DNA from: Moniliella sp. 'wahieum'
Lineage: Eukaryota
Direction of reading: 5' to 3'
NCBI GenBank assembly: GCA_003971905.1
Contig: RSEE01000018.1
Span: forward strand, 186,001 to 250,000
Length of the DNA stretch: 64,000 nt
Positions 13,185-27,180 of this stretch are shown one piece after another; the stretch's first letter is position 1; each line of letters opens with the position of its first letter. Made by a program: the position numbers and the translations under genes. Under the pieces are notes generated by a model. The model had not been told where the DNA came from, did no database searches, and saw only the letters and a program-made list of their open reading frames with translations.

Positions 13185-14019
13185 TGTCACGGGCGGGGCG
13201 CCGCCAGGGGCCCGCCCTGGGGTTTTTGGGGTACAATCCCTTAGGCGACGGTAGGTCGACTCACGGTAGTTTCGGGCTTAGGCCGGTTGGTGTGTCCGAG
13301 CGGAGCTAGGGACGAGGAGGAGGCCTTTGGTGGGGCGGCTGCACGTGTGGCAAGGCTGCGTCTGCACCGGCTTGGGCCGTAGTAACGTGTCTGAAGCCTC
13401 CGGGATTTAGGGACGGGAGGAGGCAGCGGCGGACAAAACTGCCTTAACTGGGACTGGGAATCGCGCGAAGGAGGGCTCGCGCGATTGGACTGAAGGGCTG
13501 GAGGACGAGGTCGGAAGAGATGTCGGACGCTAACAAGAGGAGCTGCCTGTACTGGATCAATTGGCTGGAAACGGGCAGGAGTCGGACAGGAGGGGGAAAG
13601 GGACGAAGGGGAGACGAGAGATGACGAGAATGGAAGGTGGGGGAAAAGATCCCCATCAACCAGGGGTACAGGCAGGATCAAAAGGGAAACGGATACAAGA
13701 GGGGGTGTAGAAAGGAAGACATGTCAAAAGCGGGGTTGGTCGCCGCGGGCGCGACCGAGAAAGGAAACGGAAACGGGGACGGGGCGACAGATGCCGCCAC
13801 GGCACTGGAAGCTCGGTGGCCTTATTTAGGCCGGCCGACTTGGACTTGGGCGGGGGGCGACTATTGTCGCGCGGAGCATGGCCCTTCGGCCACGATACTT
13901 AATTTAGCCAACCATCATCACACTTGGTTGGCCTGCGGTGCACGCTCTACTGGGCATGTGCGGAACAGGCGGGCCTTAGCTTGGGTCGGACCATCTCGTG
14001 TCCGCCGCAGCCCGTGACA
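13185..14019 (-). mobile_element. Intact solo LTR (835 bp) of an LTR retrotransposon, probably Ty3/gypsy-like
   Basis: Perfect 10-bp terminal inverted repeats TGTCACGGGC...GCCCGTGACA and an exact 5-bp TSD TACTC (13180-13184 and 14020-14024). A TATA-like CTAAATAAG on the minus strand near 13825 is followed by a CT-rich leader. Confidence 0.9.
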
Positions 14020-15385
14020 TACTCCATTGGCCGTTGTATAGGCCGATACGCACATAGGTATCCCGAGGATGAGGGCGGCCACAGCTGGAAAGGAACTCCC
14101 AGATGGATGAGCCATCATACATCATACCTGAACGTTTGAGGACGCTGCAGAGGAGTGGAACCCAGAGATGGAGACGGCCACTGTTGTGGACACGAAGATA
14201 AACTGTGGAACAACTATATCAATGAGTAGAATAGTAGTCGAACCAATTCCTGTGGCCAACAGGCGGTGCGTCAGGCGGTGCGAGAGAGGAGAGGGGTTGA
14301 CGCAATGGGGTTGGCCACGGTCCGAAGGGGAGATGCCTGAGCTGCTCCGCTTTTTCAGCACCGCACTAGACACGCCCCCGTCGCTCGCAACGAAAAGCGC
14401 ATGACACTGGTGCCTTCGCTTAGATGGTAGGGCGTATTAAGAAGACGGAGGCGGATCTGCCGTATAACAACAGCGGCGGAGCCGTGCGTGGTAGTATGCT
14501 ACTCCATCCATGCCCCATAACGATATTCTTTCCTTCATACACTCTTCACGCGCCGAGGCCCGTATCATCGGCGTCGTCCCTGGCAATATTTGTTGCGCCA
14601 CGCTGGGAGAGAGTATCTAGTAGTAAGAGATACTGGATCAGGCTGGGATTCAGACTCGGTGGGAGAGTTCCATCACTCTCTTGACAGTTTACGTGACAAC
14701 CGAAGCAAAGTGTGCGTAACAGGCAGGGTGGAGCGGAGAGGTGGTGGTAGGTGAGATAATATTCGTCTCGGAATCGCCCCCTCTCTTTACCACAGCGAAT
14801 GACAGCCTGACATCGAGGTCATCGACACCCACCCGCAGCCGCTCACGCCTCAGTCTGTGCATCACTTGTCTCTCAAAGATACGTTGGTTGCCTTATACCC
14901 ACAACCTGCAGATACGTTGGGAAATGTAGTATATATTCCCTCTTGTGAGTGCTATAGAGTTCTTCCTTCAGTGGGCATTCCGTCATATGCATCATCATGC
15001 TGACCATCAATGCTGTTCCAGTTCAAGCAGCTTCAGGCTTCAGCCTACCAGCTTCACCGAATCAGGGGCCTCAGCGGTTCATATACACACATGCAAACGG
15101 CGCGGTGTGTAGGGGCGATCAATGACTTCGTTCAGTACAAGAAAAATCCGAGTGAGTTCATTATAATAGTACATCTGTCAACTGCCATGTACATATACCC
15201 GAAGGAACCAATCATGAAGTGGAGTGATCCGCAGAAGGTAGAATTGGCATGTGGAGAGTCCAGAAATGACATCGGAAAAACAGCTGGAGGCATGAAAAAG
15301 CAAGAGGCGAGACCAGGGATATAGTTATCTATACGGGTGAGAAAGAGCAAAAACAAAAAATGGGAAAGGCGGCAGCGGAAGAAGA

Positions 15386-18300
15386 TCAGACTGTGCCAAT
15401 CATGGGTCAGTAAAAAGAGGTCCTATCCGAAGGCATCATCCGCTTCAAGCGGGGAGAATATACGCACAAGAGAACATGCCCCCGCCACGGATACGACGAC
15501 CACCAACGCTCCATGCGATCATCGTGGCAGCAAAGAGGCCAACGCTGAGGCCCAGGGCGACAGACAAAAGAGTCTCTGCACCTGGAAGCCCGAGGAAACA
15601 GCTTGGTTGGCTGTAGTGGTACTATTGGTGTGGCATAGTCGGCCAAACCTCCCTGAGCAGACCAGCCGCTGGGAAGGAGATAAAGAATACCAGGGACCGC
15701 AACCACATAAGAGCGACCGTCAAAGATAAACCCATACACGGAAGAAGCCGTCCCAATGGCCAGGCTAGCAAGCATGGCGGTAAATCGTAAAATCGGAGCG
15801 GTGCTTAAGCGACGCGCGCTTGCTTGAAAATTTGTTCACACACCACCCCCAATGGAGATCAGAACCATCACATAGAACTCTTTGCGCGTTGGCTTGGCCG
15901 AATTGCGAAGAGCCATACAGATGGAGTAGGCGGGGACGGTGAGGAAAGCCCATTTCATCGAAATCGCATGGAAGTACCATTCGGGGCGGGAGCGAACCAT
16001 GTCGCAAGCGTGCGGCTGACTGGCATCAATAATCTTGCCAGACAAGAATGTCCAAGTCGCTGCGCCAACCGACAGGCCAAATCCTAAAAAAAACTGTACA
16101 GCACAGCGTACACCAGCCGTACCGAGCCCGAAATGATGGACTTGCTCTGCAGCTCCAGTGAGCCTTGCAAGAACATCATGCCAGGTAGGATGAGCACAAT
16201 CGAGGCCGGCGTGACCGCAGCATAGCAGAAGTACGAGCTGCCATTCTGGAATGCAACCGCTCCAATAACGAGTTGATTCCAGCGAAGCAGATCTCGAACA
16301 CGTTGGAGAGAAAACCTCAGCCGTGATCGTTGACTGGGCCAACACCAGTAAGCCCCCGAGAGGTGCAGCGAAGAAGACAATCGACAAAACTTCCATTGAA
16401 ACCCATGGGCCCCGCACAGATCATTGCACTGCAAAGAGCACCAATAATCACTGTCCAGAAACGATTAATCAGGGGCTTGCGGCGCATCAGCTCATCAAGT
16501 TGCTTGCTCGCCTCTTCAACCCCGACTTTGTCATGGATAACATTCCAGTAGATGGAATGCATGTCCGTGAGCTTAGCTGAAAAAGGCAGGGGAGTCAGTA
16601 CGTCTGGACACCAACACGAGGACATTAAAGGATGACCGACGAGAGACGTACATAGATCCTGCGTACTGGGCTGTTTGATGAAACGTGTGTCGGATGTGTG
16701 TGTCAGATCATCCCCGAACGAAAGGAGCATAAGCGAGGGAAGTAGATGCAGCGGCACGTAATATCGAGGACGCGAGCCGTGTACTGAACCGTCGCCTCAA
16801 TGCGGTGCGTGGGAGCGCCAAACATCATAAGCGCACGACAGAGCTTGAGCAAGAATTCTTGCCGCTGCAAAATGGCCGCGACATGCAGCGTGATCTGCAT
16901 TGGCGAAGAGTGAGTCAGTGGGGGTCCACCTGGGTAACGTAGCGGGGACGAAGAGGAGAGCGCACAGGGGGCAGCTGAGGTAGGGGGCAAAGGCGGGGGG
17001 GATACGCACGTAGATTTCCTGCTTTTTTGACGCTTCGCGCGTCTGCGCACCTTGCGCTGCCACTCGGCCTGTCTGACTTAGCCTTACGGTCGTGCGAAAG
17101 AGGGCCAAGTAGTCACCTCCTTCCGACATGGCATCAGGCGTAATTGCACTAGAATGGGAGCGGTGAGTGAGGTGCGAGACAGGCTTGGAGATGGCATGGC
17201 TGGCCTGGCTTAGCACAGACCGCTTCTGCGTAGAATCGCCAAAGCTGCTCATCGACATGTCGCGCTTGCCTGCCATTGAGGGGGGACTTCGCGTGCCATC
17301 CATCAAGGTAGGTGAGCTGACGGGCAAATAGTTGAGTACCACCTGGGGTGAGAGTGCCGCTGCCGCCAGGTACAGCCGCACCGACCGCCACGCCTGAACC
17401 GTAGCAGCAGCAGACGACCGAGATTCTCTGTTTGTGTGTTGGACCGCTAGCGTCAGCCAAGATCTTGGCTGTGCGGCGGAGCGTCTTGGCATTCATCCAG
17501 GAGCAGATACCGATCCAAAGTGAAGCCCGGGCGGAACGGGTTGGGGCCCAACTGGGCTTGCGCTGGGGACACTGCTCCTACCAAGTTGCCTGTAGTGGCT
17601 ATCAAAGCACCAGCGAACCAGCAGACGAACGTGCGGCGCGAGGGAGCTCCTCAAAGTCATAATCTACCCCGACGTCTTGCGCAATGCGTGAGCCCTCGTC
17701 TGGCCACCTGCTGACCTTGCCCACATCCGAGCGCGAGACGGGAGCAGAAGATAGAGCCGATGAAGCCATGTTCAAGGGCTGCTTGGCGTACCGCGAGACA
17801 TTATGCCCCCGGCTTCCCCCCATCCCCGAGCTGCTCGCTGGCCTGCCATCCATCTCGGGGGGGGAGAGAGGAGGAAGGGTGGCCGTCCATAGACTGAGCC
17901 TGCTCGCGCTGCTGCTGTTCATATAGCTTGAGTAGGTTCCCAAGCACACCCCCAGATTGAGGGAGGCGAGAGTCCATGCGATCCGGGGGCCCTCAATATC
18001 TGAGGAACTGTCGTTCCCGCCCTGTCCGCCCAACCCCATCATGACGCGGTGAGAATTGACGAGGGTGCAGCCTGTCGTTCGTATCGCGAAGGCCGCGCTT
18101 TGAAGGTCGCCGCCGCGCCATACAGTCTGAGTACGAACAGGAACAGACTTGGTATTGGTGGGGTCCTTCGCCCTTTTCCACGTCCAGATCATTCTCGTCC
18201 TCTTCATCGTCACCAATGTGACGTTTCAAGAAGTGGGTGGCACGTCGCAAGAGATTACCCTCCTCTTGCGGGTCCTTTTTAACGGGCATTGGCATCCCGT

Positions 18301-19033
18301 CCACTTCGCCCGAGATCATGGGAACATGATCAAAATCCGAGTCGTCGGTCGCGTTGTAGCTCCCAGGTGTGCTGCTCCCCGAGGGTGGCGCGGGAGGAGC
18401 AAAATCTTGCGAGTGCTCGTCCGTGTCAGCATTGGAGACTGCATCAGGACCCTTGTCCTGGATCTGCTGAAGATGATCCTGCAAAGCCCCGAGGACCTCA
18501 CCGTCGAGCCCGCGATCGTTGAGCTGCTGCACCGTCATGCCCTCCAGCGGGCCCGAAGCCACAGTCTTTTCTTCTGGTTGCTTCGGCGGGAACAGACTTC
18601 TCAACCTGGGTCTCACCCGAGCTGGAGCGTTCCTTCTCATCCAGGTTTCCGTGCAAAGGGAGGAGGTGTATCCCAGCGTACCGGCGATGGGAGTAGAAGG
18701 GTGGACATAGCCAGGGATGCGCTGTTCCAGATTAAGCGGGCCGGGATGGTTGGCACGACGCATGCCCCCACTGGGCGTGGAAGGAGACGGCGTGTCGACC
18801 CAACCGCGCATGGTCACCGTGGGGCCAGCGTGGTGGGAGGTGACCGGCAAGGTTGCGTCACCAGTGGTGTGGGCGCCGAAGCGCACGCGGCGTGCTTCGG
18901 CGGCGTCGGCATCGGCGGGGGGATCAGCACCACCACCACCCGCAATGGCAGGCGGGGCAGCGTGCAGAGACGCTGGATCCGATTGCCCCAGCATGCCCGG
19001 AGACGCGTGGAGGTTCGGGGAAGAGGAACTCAT
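15386..19033 (-). CDS. PRM10: Pheromone-regulated membrane protein 10 / ThrE-family transporter with a long disordered N-terminus; several introns, frameshifted
   Basis: ITLHVAAILQRQEFLLKLCRALMMFGAPTHRIE, SIVLILPG..LQGSLELQSKSIISGSVRL and VPGILYLLPSG motifs. The last intron (15391-15467) restores the C-terminus GMFSF*. Confidence 0.88.
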
Positions 19034-22000
19034 CGACCGGTGGTGGTGGGAGGGGGAGGGGGACGTGGAGAGGGCGGAGAGAAGACAATAAGAGGAGCGG
19101 CACCGAGTGGCTGGGTCTTGGCGTTGTTGACGCGTGCGAAGGCTACCGCTGCCTCTGCCCCGAAGCGATGGCTCGCCGAGCGCGCCCTAGGAACGCCCGG
19201 CCATGGGAGCCGTCGGCTACGAATGATCGATGAGGGTGTGCGATGATCGAGCGCGGATGAACGCAGCGATGCCGAGTACGTGGAATGCATTACAGGAGCG
19301 TTTAGGCGTTCAGGACGCTTAGGACGCTTAGAACGTCGCTACTCAGACTGCGTACTGCGTTTGCTTGGATGCACACACCCATCATGCATGCACCACGCAT
19401 GCACCCTGCATCTGCGGCTCCAAATCAGGGGGGAGTGGATGTGGAGCAGGCAGGCAGTGGCCCAGTGTTCGTCGCGCCCGAGCCCACCCGTCGGCCACAT
19501 CACCAACCATACGTCATTCACTGGACCATCGCCACTATACAGCAATCACACGTCACATGTCACATGTCACCCAGGCCGACCACTTGGCCGAAGCAGGCGT
19601 CATACACCATACGCCCTGCATAGGCGTTTAGCGCTTAGCGCGTATGGCGCATCGCGGCCGTCTCCTGCCGTCCCATCGGCTGCCACAGGCCACCCTGTAC
19701 TACTCGCCGACGCCGTGGATCCCCAATAAGCCATGCATCGGGGAGAACCCTGTCCGCCAACGAGCCGCCCAGCTTGTGCAACATCTGCGCGACAGCCAAT
19801 GTGGAATTTGGTGCGAACGAGGAAAGGCGGACACGACGAAGACGAGGACAGGCAGACAGGCAGAGAGGCACACTATCAACCCCGTGGCCATCAATGCCAT
19901 TGTTACACATGTTGTACACGAACGCTACACGCTGTCGCCGCTGCAACTACTTTAATCGTTGGAGCAGCGACGTGTGATGTGTGACGTCGTCAGCGTCAGG
20001 CCTTCTGAGATCGGAGGGCGCTATTGCGCTGATGCAGGCCTTGGGCCTTAGGGCGCCTTGGCCTTAAGGCCTAAGACCCAAGGAGCTTAAAGCTATTCAA
20101 GCTTCAAGCTTCAAGGCCTACTGTATGGTTCGTTCTGCTGTAGCGGTGTGCAACATGCTGCATTCGTCTTCTGCGCCACTCACATCCAAGATCGTCCGCG
20201 CGATCGACCCAAACGCAGCAGAACGCTCCTGGCCGAAAAGCAGCGGGGAAGCAGAACCTTGGCATATCACGCTGTTGCTGCAAGCTTCAAGCTTCAAGCT
20301 TCACAACTCGGATCTCCAGATCTCTCTGAATCTCAGATCTCACCAGTCGCCGACGCTCGTTGCCACATGACACATGTCACTGTGTCACTGTGTCACACGT
20401 CACAATCTGTCGGGCGCTCGCGGGGGGTCTCACAGATCTCACACGTCATGCATGTCACACCGTGTCGCACACATTCATTCGTTTTTTCCATTGCCTGTGT
20501 ACAAGCACGCCAAGCTTGAAGCTTGAAGCTTCAATCTCTTCAAATCCCAAGGCCACCTTGGTTCCTCTCCTCGACTCCGTTAGCTACCAGAACTCAGGCC
20601 TCAGGCTATGGGGCATCACCAGCGTCACGCGTGACTATTAGGTCACACTACACCGCGACTACCTTCTTCCCCATTCCACCTTCCACCCACCGTCTGATCG
20701 GACTCTGCACTCCGCAGATTCTCACATAGACGTTGGACGTCATATTGATCATCGATCACCCTACAGCTCTATAGGACGTAAGTGGGTTCCGTACCAATGC
20801 CGAATGCGCTCCACCGGCTCACCATCTTGCATCAATATTCAACTCACAGAGCCACCACATGGACATATCATCGACCGAACATCAACTTTTTGCGCATCTG
20901 CAACGTGTATGCGCATAACAATCTGTTGTACTACAGGAGGGGAAAGGGATCCGGCGATAGAAGAGATGGGCCACCCAGGACAGGGAGGGCTGGTAGAAAC
21001 CTTATATGTGGGCCTTTTGGGAAAAAAGTGAAAAAATGAAGTTGAGGAAAGAGAGCCAAGACACGAGTGTCTGTCAAGTTTGTTGCCGTATACATACTGT
21101 GGTGTCCAGCGGGAAAAGGTTGCTCTGGGTTGCCACGCAGCTAGCGCTCAGGTGCTCGGGCCGCTTAGGCGCCATTAACCATTCTGCATGTGGTATGTAC
21201 ATGTGAGAAGGGCATACTATGTATCGCGCGTTTCTGTTGAGCTCATCTGTGATGATCGATTATCACACACGCCGTACGTGTCATGCTATTGTGTCTTGGT
21301 CGCGCGCCCGGCATCATGCATCAGCTGTTAATTTTTCAACTCGCCACAACGAGAGCGAGGTTTTGTCTCGGCCACACCGGCTCTGGGATCTCCTGGCCTG
21401 AATATACACAGTCGATCCACAACACGTGTTACAGGCGATAGGTCTCTTCCTCCCCTTTGCCTTGGAATCCATATCCTTGGCAAAGTTCGTCCATCATAGC
21501 TCCCAACACTGGAGTCCAGAGCGAGACAGCTGAGATGTATGACACGCGGCAGCCCAGCAGGCCAAAAAGCCCTCCGGTTCCCTTGCTTGCTCGTTGCTCG
21601 GCTGAGCGCGGAGCAACCGCCGGCGGCTCGTGCGCTTGGCTCCCATTAAGGCCCTTTCAGTCCCTCCTCACTGTGGGAGGCCTAGGAGATGTAGGCTATT
21701 TTCTTGCTTGTTGTCATCTCTGTTCCATAGCCCGCCCGGGGGCGACTAGCTACTTGAAGCTTGAGAGTCCCTCTGTAGGTGTTGTTGGTTAGCTGAGACC
21801 ACCACCACTAGTACAATTTCACCCTCTTCGAGTCATTCCCATCACGCACGACGTTCAAACGTTGACTAGGGGTGTCGCCGGGCGTGCATTACGGCCTGGT
21901 CTAGGCCCAGTTCCTTCGTCTGCTGGGTCCATACAGACTGCCAGTACCAGTAGCTCGCCCTTCCACACGCCGCCAATAGTCTACCGACGACTCATACAAA

Positions 22001-22377
22001 GTCCACCAATAGTTGACTCATATACTGACAACTGATCCTGACGTTCCTTCCGTCCGCCGGGGCGCCGATAAACACTGACATCCACCACTGCCCTCCATAT
22101 GCCCCAGGACTCAGGACTCAGGAATCCGCGTAATGATTAGGGAGGCAACAATGGAGTCGCGAGTCGGGGATAAAAAAACAAAATGGTATGCAATACGAGA
22201 ACTCTGCAACATCAATTCTCGAAATCTCCACGTTGAAGCTCCGAATGGGGCTGGTGCGCTGAAGCACTAGCTGCACCAGCTGCACTAGACACGCACGCGT
22301 CACACGATGTAGCCCACAGATGATCGAGATGAATGATGAATGGCCGAATCTCAGAGAATGGTTCAGGATTGGGCGCA

Positions 22378-23314
22378 TCACGGAGCAAAGACAGACTCCA
22401 TCTCCTTGATGATAGGGCCATTTTGCCACGGGAACAGCCACCACCCGTCCAAATAGGGGTGTGTTGAATTGCTGATCCGCATCTGGAGGAGAAGGGAAGG
22501 GAAGTTGAAGGCGGAGGTGGCGTACTGGGCAAGGGAGGTTTTGTCAGTAAACGCCGCTTACCGGGATGGGGTGAGGGGATGGGGGAGAAGGAAAAGGCAA
22601 CGCACTTTCGTCAAGACAGAGTCTTCAGGATGGAACATGCCCATGTCGTCGTCGGATGTCTGAGGTGGAGCGCTTGCCAGCGTTAACCGGTGGGTCTTGC
22701 GCCGACGCTTCGATGGCTCATCGTCCACCTCCATATCATCGTCAGGCAGTGACGAGTTGGCAAACACGCGGCTAAAATGAGGTAATGGGATGGACGAGGA
22801 GTGCCCTCGCGGTAGGCCGCTTCGAGCTCCTCGTTCAGCAGGCGGTACAGTGGCGCAGCCACTTGAGGAGGAAGATTGATCAAACGTTCATGCAAAAGCA
22901 GCATCGGTGGTGTCCGGCCTTGAGCCAAAGCAGATCCCGAATCGGATGAGGGGAAGGGACCTTGTCGAGGAGCAGCTTGTGCAGGTCGCGAGCGGGCACG
23001 GGCGCGGCTGAGTCGGCAGTGAGGGAGAGCGGGCTAATGACGGCAAAAGGGTCGTTATCCACATCGTCCACCACCTTGATCACCGTTCCCAATCCGTTTT
23101 GCGCCCCGTTGGTAATGACCAGGTCGGCGAGGGCATCGACATCGACGCGCGGGGCCAAGGTGTGGAAGAGCTGGATGAAGAGGCGTTTGAGCGCAATGTA
23201 GTCGATCTCGTCCGGACTGGTAAAGTCAAAGTCGACATTGATCATGTCAACGTCTCCGTCGCTGTCGGAAGCATCGCCGGACGCATCCGCCTTGCGCTTG
23301 GGCTGGGCAGACAT
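22378..23314 (-). CDS. BCP1: BCP1/BCCIP, 60S biogenesis and Mss4 export factor
   Basis: MINVDFDFTSPDEIDYIALKRLFIQLF, LLLHERLINLPPQVAAPLY and FHPED motifs. Intron at 22525-22605 (GTGCGT..TACTGAC..CAG). Ends ...IIKEMESVFAP*. Confidence 0.9.
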
Positions 23315-23536
23315 GGTGTGGTGGGTTCGGGAGTTGGCGGGGCGCGGGAATCGCAGGAGCGCAGCCAGTCGTCCCCTGGGGGCAGCTGGACAAAAAAAAG
23401 TTGGATCGGTGCAACGCGTTGATGCCGAAGCGCGGAAGGATTGCAATTTGAAATTTGGGTTAGGGTCTAGCGTCCAGATAGAAGACACGGGTGAGACTTG
23501 CGATGCATGATGACGCGGAGGGTCGATGGCGGTGTA

Positions 23537-23646
23537 CTCTGCATCCATACCATTCACAGAGCTCAAAGCTCATGGCGCTGGGACAAGGAAACGCTATGCC
23601 TAAACCGACCCGTTCATCTTGCGTGTGCGGCTGGGTAGCGCCACCC
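23537..23646. repeat. Dispersed ~110-bp repeat, copy A (copy B at 61772-61871)
   Basis: GCTGGGACAAGGAAACGCTATGCCTAAACCGACCCGTTCATCTTGCG..AGCGCCACC here versus GCTGGGACAGGGGGAACGCTACGTCTAAACCGAACCGTTCATCTTGCG..AGCGCCACC at copy B. Confidence 0.8.
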
Positions 23647-24349
23647 CGCTTACATGTACTGCCGTGTTCAACAACGCAAGTGACTATAGTCACTGGTATT
23701 TATAGCCCACGCGGATCCTCGGCAGTGCCCACCGCAGCGGCAGACACGCGACGGGGCTTCAACATCTCCTGGTTCGGGTGGAAAGAAGACAGTCGCCACC
23801 ACTTGCGCCATCGCCGTCGTGTTGGTCCTCGTCCCCGCTGTCGGCTGTCTCCCCATACGCGTGTCGATCAGGCTTTAGCAAAAGCTACCTACGCTCACAT
23901 TCGCTTCGCCCCAACAAGACTCATCCCAGGCCATCACTTAGGTTTTGCGCCGGACCAGACTGCCATTCCAGCAGCGCGCAGCTAATACCTGCCCACTCTG
24001 TTTGACCAACCCTGTGACCAGCTTTTGCCCATGTTGTTCTGTGTGGTGCTCTTCTGTAATGCCTTTAGTTCCCTGTATTGTTCGCATAACGCCCTCTCTC
24101 CTAATCTGGATGTTTACTTTCGGCTTACTAGCGAGGGAAGACCTAATACCCGCCATCCTGATTCCGTTCGCACAAAAAAGTCTCTACAATGCATCACATC
24201 CACGGATTGTCCTTCGTCACACTCACTCTCAGAGGAATACATCTAAACACAGGGTGATGCTAGTGGAGGGCCATTGGAGATCGGGAAACCATTCATCGGA
24301 TTGTACTGAAAGAAAAAAACAAGCAAAACTACGACGTGTGATGTTCGGA

Positions 24350-26200
24350 TCAAACCAGCAACTGGGTCTTGCTTAGCTGCTGCCGCATCTTCTCCACCGG
24401 CGTCGGGCTCGTACGGGCCACAGTGACGGCCCGCAAACGGGGAGCTAACAGCTCCTCCAACTCGGTTGGGTTCACCAACCCGAGCGCTGATGCGCCAAAC
24501 TCCCAGATCATCAACTGGCTGGACTGGGGAGCTAGGCGATCCGGCGCCGAGGGTGCACCACGGAGTTTGCCCAACAAGTAGGCCGACGTGGATGTCAAAA
24601 CCGCTTGTCCGGACCAGTCCTGGTGAGCAGCCATGGCATTCACTACCGGGCGCATTTGCATCTCGTACGCGGTCTTGGTGCCGTGCTCGAGCTCAGCCCC
24701 TGCCCAAAGGTCCCACACCCGAACAGGTCGGCCCGCGTTGAGGGACAGCAGGAACGGGGCAGTTTGCGTGACCCAGAGAGCACGCGACGAGTTCAACTGC
24801 ACCCTACTTCCGAGTTGCGGAGAAGGCCCATGGAAGCTCCGACCAGAGCCTTTGCCCGTACTTTTACGCGCAGAAGGAAGCACAAGCACCGTTGCTGTCC
24901 CCTCCAGGGACGAGGGCAGAAGAACCAGCGCTTTTCCGGAGGACAGGGCAAGTGTGGTCCCGTCTTTCGATGTGGAAGATCATTTTCTTGTTCATATTCA
25001 TGTTAGCCCCTCATCATCAATCCAGACAACGACGGAAGCACGTACTTTTCCAATTACATCCGTGGCAGAGGCAGTCACGGGCTCGAGGTCGCTTCGCGCA
25101 GCGTGGCTGGGCCTCCCTGTTGCAAGGGTGGGACTGGGTCCAGACGAATCTCCAGGACAGGCGCCCTTCCAAGGCATGGCCCAAACGCCACTTTTCTTGG
25201 CTGGTAGACAGGTCGATCGCAACCACGTCGCCAGGGATGGAGACGAACACGGACTTGCCGTCAAAGTGAAAAGTGAGCAAATGCGCCCGAGACTGTTTCT
25301 TGCACGTCGGAGGGCAACGGTGTAACCGAAACCAAGGTTTGCGTGTCTGGGTTGACCAAAGCGACTGTGCCGTCACGGCGAAGAATAGCGAGCACTCCCT
25401 CGGCGAAAGAAAGGGGAAGATGATCGTCAAGGAGTCCACGATCGGAACCAGCAATTGTTGCTGTTCACCTGGCCTACCCGCACATAGTGCCCCGCTCAGG
25501 AGCACGCTTCCATACGTCAATGTAGCTTTCAAACGTAGACACACATCTGTTTGCAGAGGCCGGGCATGCCATTTGTTAGTTTCAGAGAAGGTAAAAACAA
25601 AGGGAAACAACAAGTCTACGCACCATTCGCTGAGCAAAAATGTACTCGTCTTGAACCAGCACGGCAAGGGTCTGAGAGCCTACAGGCGCTGGGAGGCCCC
25701 AAAGGAACTGGCCCCAATGGCCTGGCCGGAGATCAAGGGCCCACAGTGTGCCTGCACGATTGCGGACGATGGCAAGGCCGTAGGAAGAATGCTGACTTGG
25801 GTCTCACTCTGGCTGGTGCGCTGCATCAGCGCATCGTACTCTTCCGCGGTCACGGATGGGTGGGCGTTGCCCTTGGTGGGAAGAAGTGAAAGCACAGGAT
25901 AGGCAAGAGGGCCATCCGCTGCCCAAACGCTTCTTGCGTCGCCACATACCGCTGGACCAACTCATGCCAGCTTTGCACCGAGGCATACACCCCCGATTCG
26001 TCGGCAAGAGAGGCGAGGGCATCGGCCAAGGTGGGGCCGTGCAGGCCAAGGGACGCGGCAACATCGGCCCAGTCCGAACGGGCAGCCGAATGGGGGCTGC
26101 AAAGGGCCGCCTGGGCGAGTTGGAGGGACGCCTTGAAGGACATGGTAGCACAGAGGTGTATGGGAGGGAGAGGTGGGCGCGTCTATCGCGGTAAGTGGGG
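24350..26200 (-). CDS. Hypothetical protein, possibly F-box-containing; frameshifted
   Basis: Chain of minus-strand ORFs (25850-26143, 25680-25895, 25017-25667, 24350-24889). An F-box-like N-terminal pattern (LSLP..LCYHVLQ..LQLAQAALCS) appears only when frames are stitched. Confidence 0.4.
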
Positions 26201-27180
26201 GAATGCATGTATGGTTCGTCGGGGGTTGCATATATATATGACTGTGTTGCATGTTCACCACCGGTGCATGCGCCCCAGCATGCTAATCCCAGTCCCCATC
26301 GCCGCCGGGACTTCCACGGAGACGGGACTCGGTGGGAAGGACCAAGAGGAGCGTAGATGTTGGTGTTGGGCGCGGCGGGCAACCGTCGTGGGGGCGAGTG
26401 GGCGGGAGGGGCCCGGGGATGTGCGGCGCGGTCAGCGCGGCGGAGCAGCGCAGTCTGGGGCGCAGCGCTGCGCAGTCTGCACTGGCGCACTGTCACAGAC
26501 AGGACTAACGTTCAAACGTTCAAATTCCCATTGCTTGGCATGGGCGGAACGGAGACTGGAAGCTGGGGCGGCGGGGCGGAATGTGCCGCCGAGGAGAGCT
26601 GGGGGGGTTTCCACCTTGATTTACCTTGGTTACAGCGCCGCGCTCGCCGGCCTGCAGTGCGGCGGCTGCGCTCGACCGTCTCCCAGCCGTCTGCCGTGCG
26701 CATGCCCGACGTCTTCCTGCCACACGACGATACGCGGGCTTGTCGTATGAAGGCAATGCAAACCTGTGGCGGCGTCAGCACTTGGGGAAAGAAGCATGAA
26801 GCGCGATGCTTGAAGGCGGTATGGTCTAACGGTTCTCTTTCAACCCTTTATGCATCCTACACACCACAGAACTACCCCAGTGTTTCCTATCCTCGGTTCC
26901 AGGACAGTGCCGATCTCGATGCTTGAGAGGATAATGCATAATAAGGCACACGCACCTTGCACGATAGATCGGTTTCTTATCGAATGCGACAAGAATTAGG
27001 TCTGCAGCGGTGTGTTTGCATCTTGTATGAATTTGTAGTTTTGGCGGTCAGGAGCTTGGCAATTGCGCTTACGTGTAGATTGATCGCGAGGTGGTATTGG
27101 CCGGCCAGCGAGCAAAGATTTGGGCAATAGATAAAATCCACCGCAAAGCAATAACAAACACAATAGGGGAACAAAGACCG

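Noticed and set aside
21427..22080. Another solo LTR bounded by TGT...TGACA
   Set aside because: No TSD, and only marginal similarity to the LTR family ends.
23491..24376. Plus-strand ORFs divergent from BCP1
   Set aside because: No recognisable motifs, and they overlap the dispersed repeat, so they are probably non-coding.
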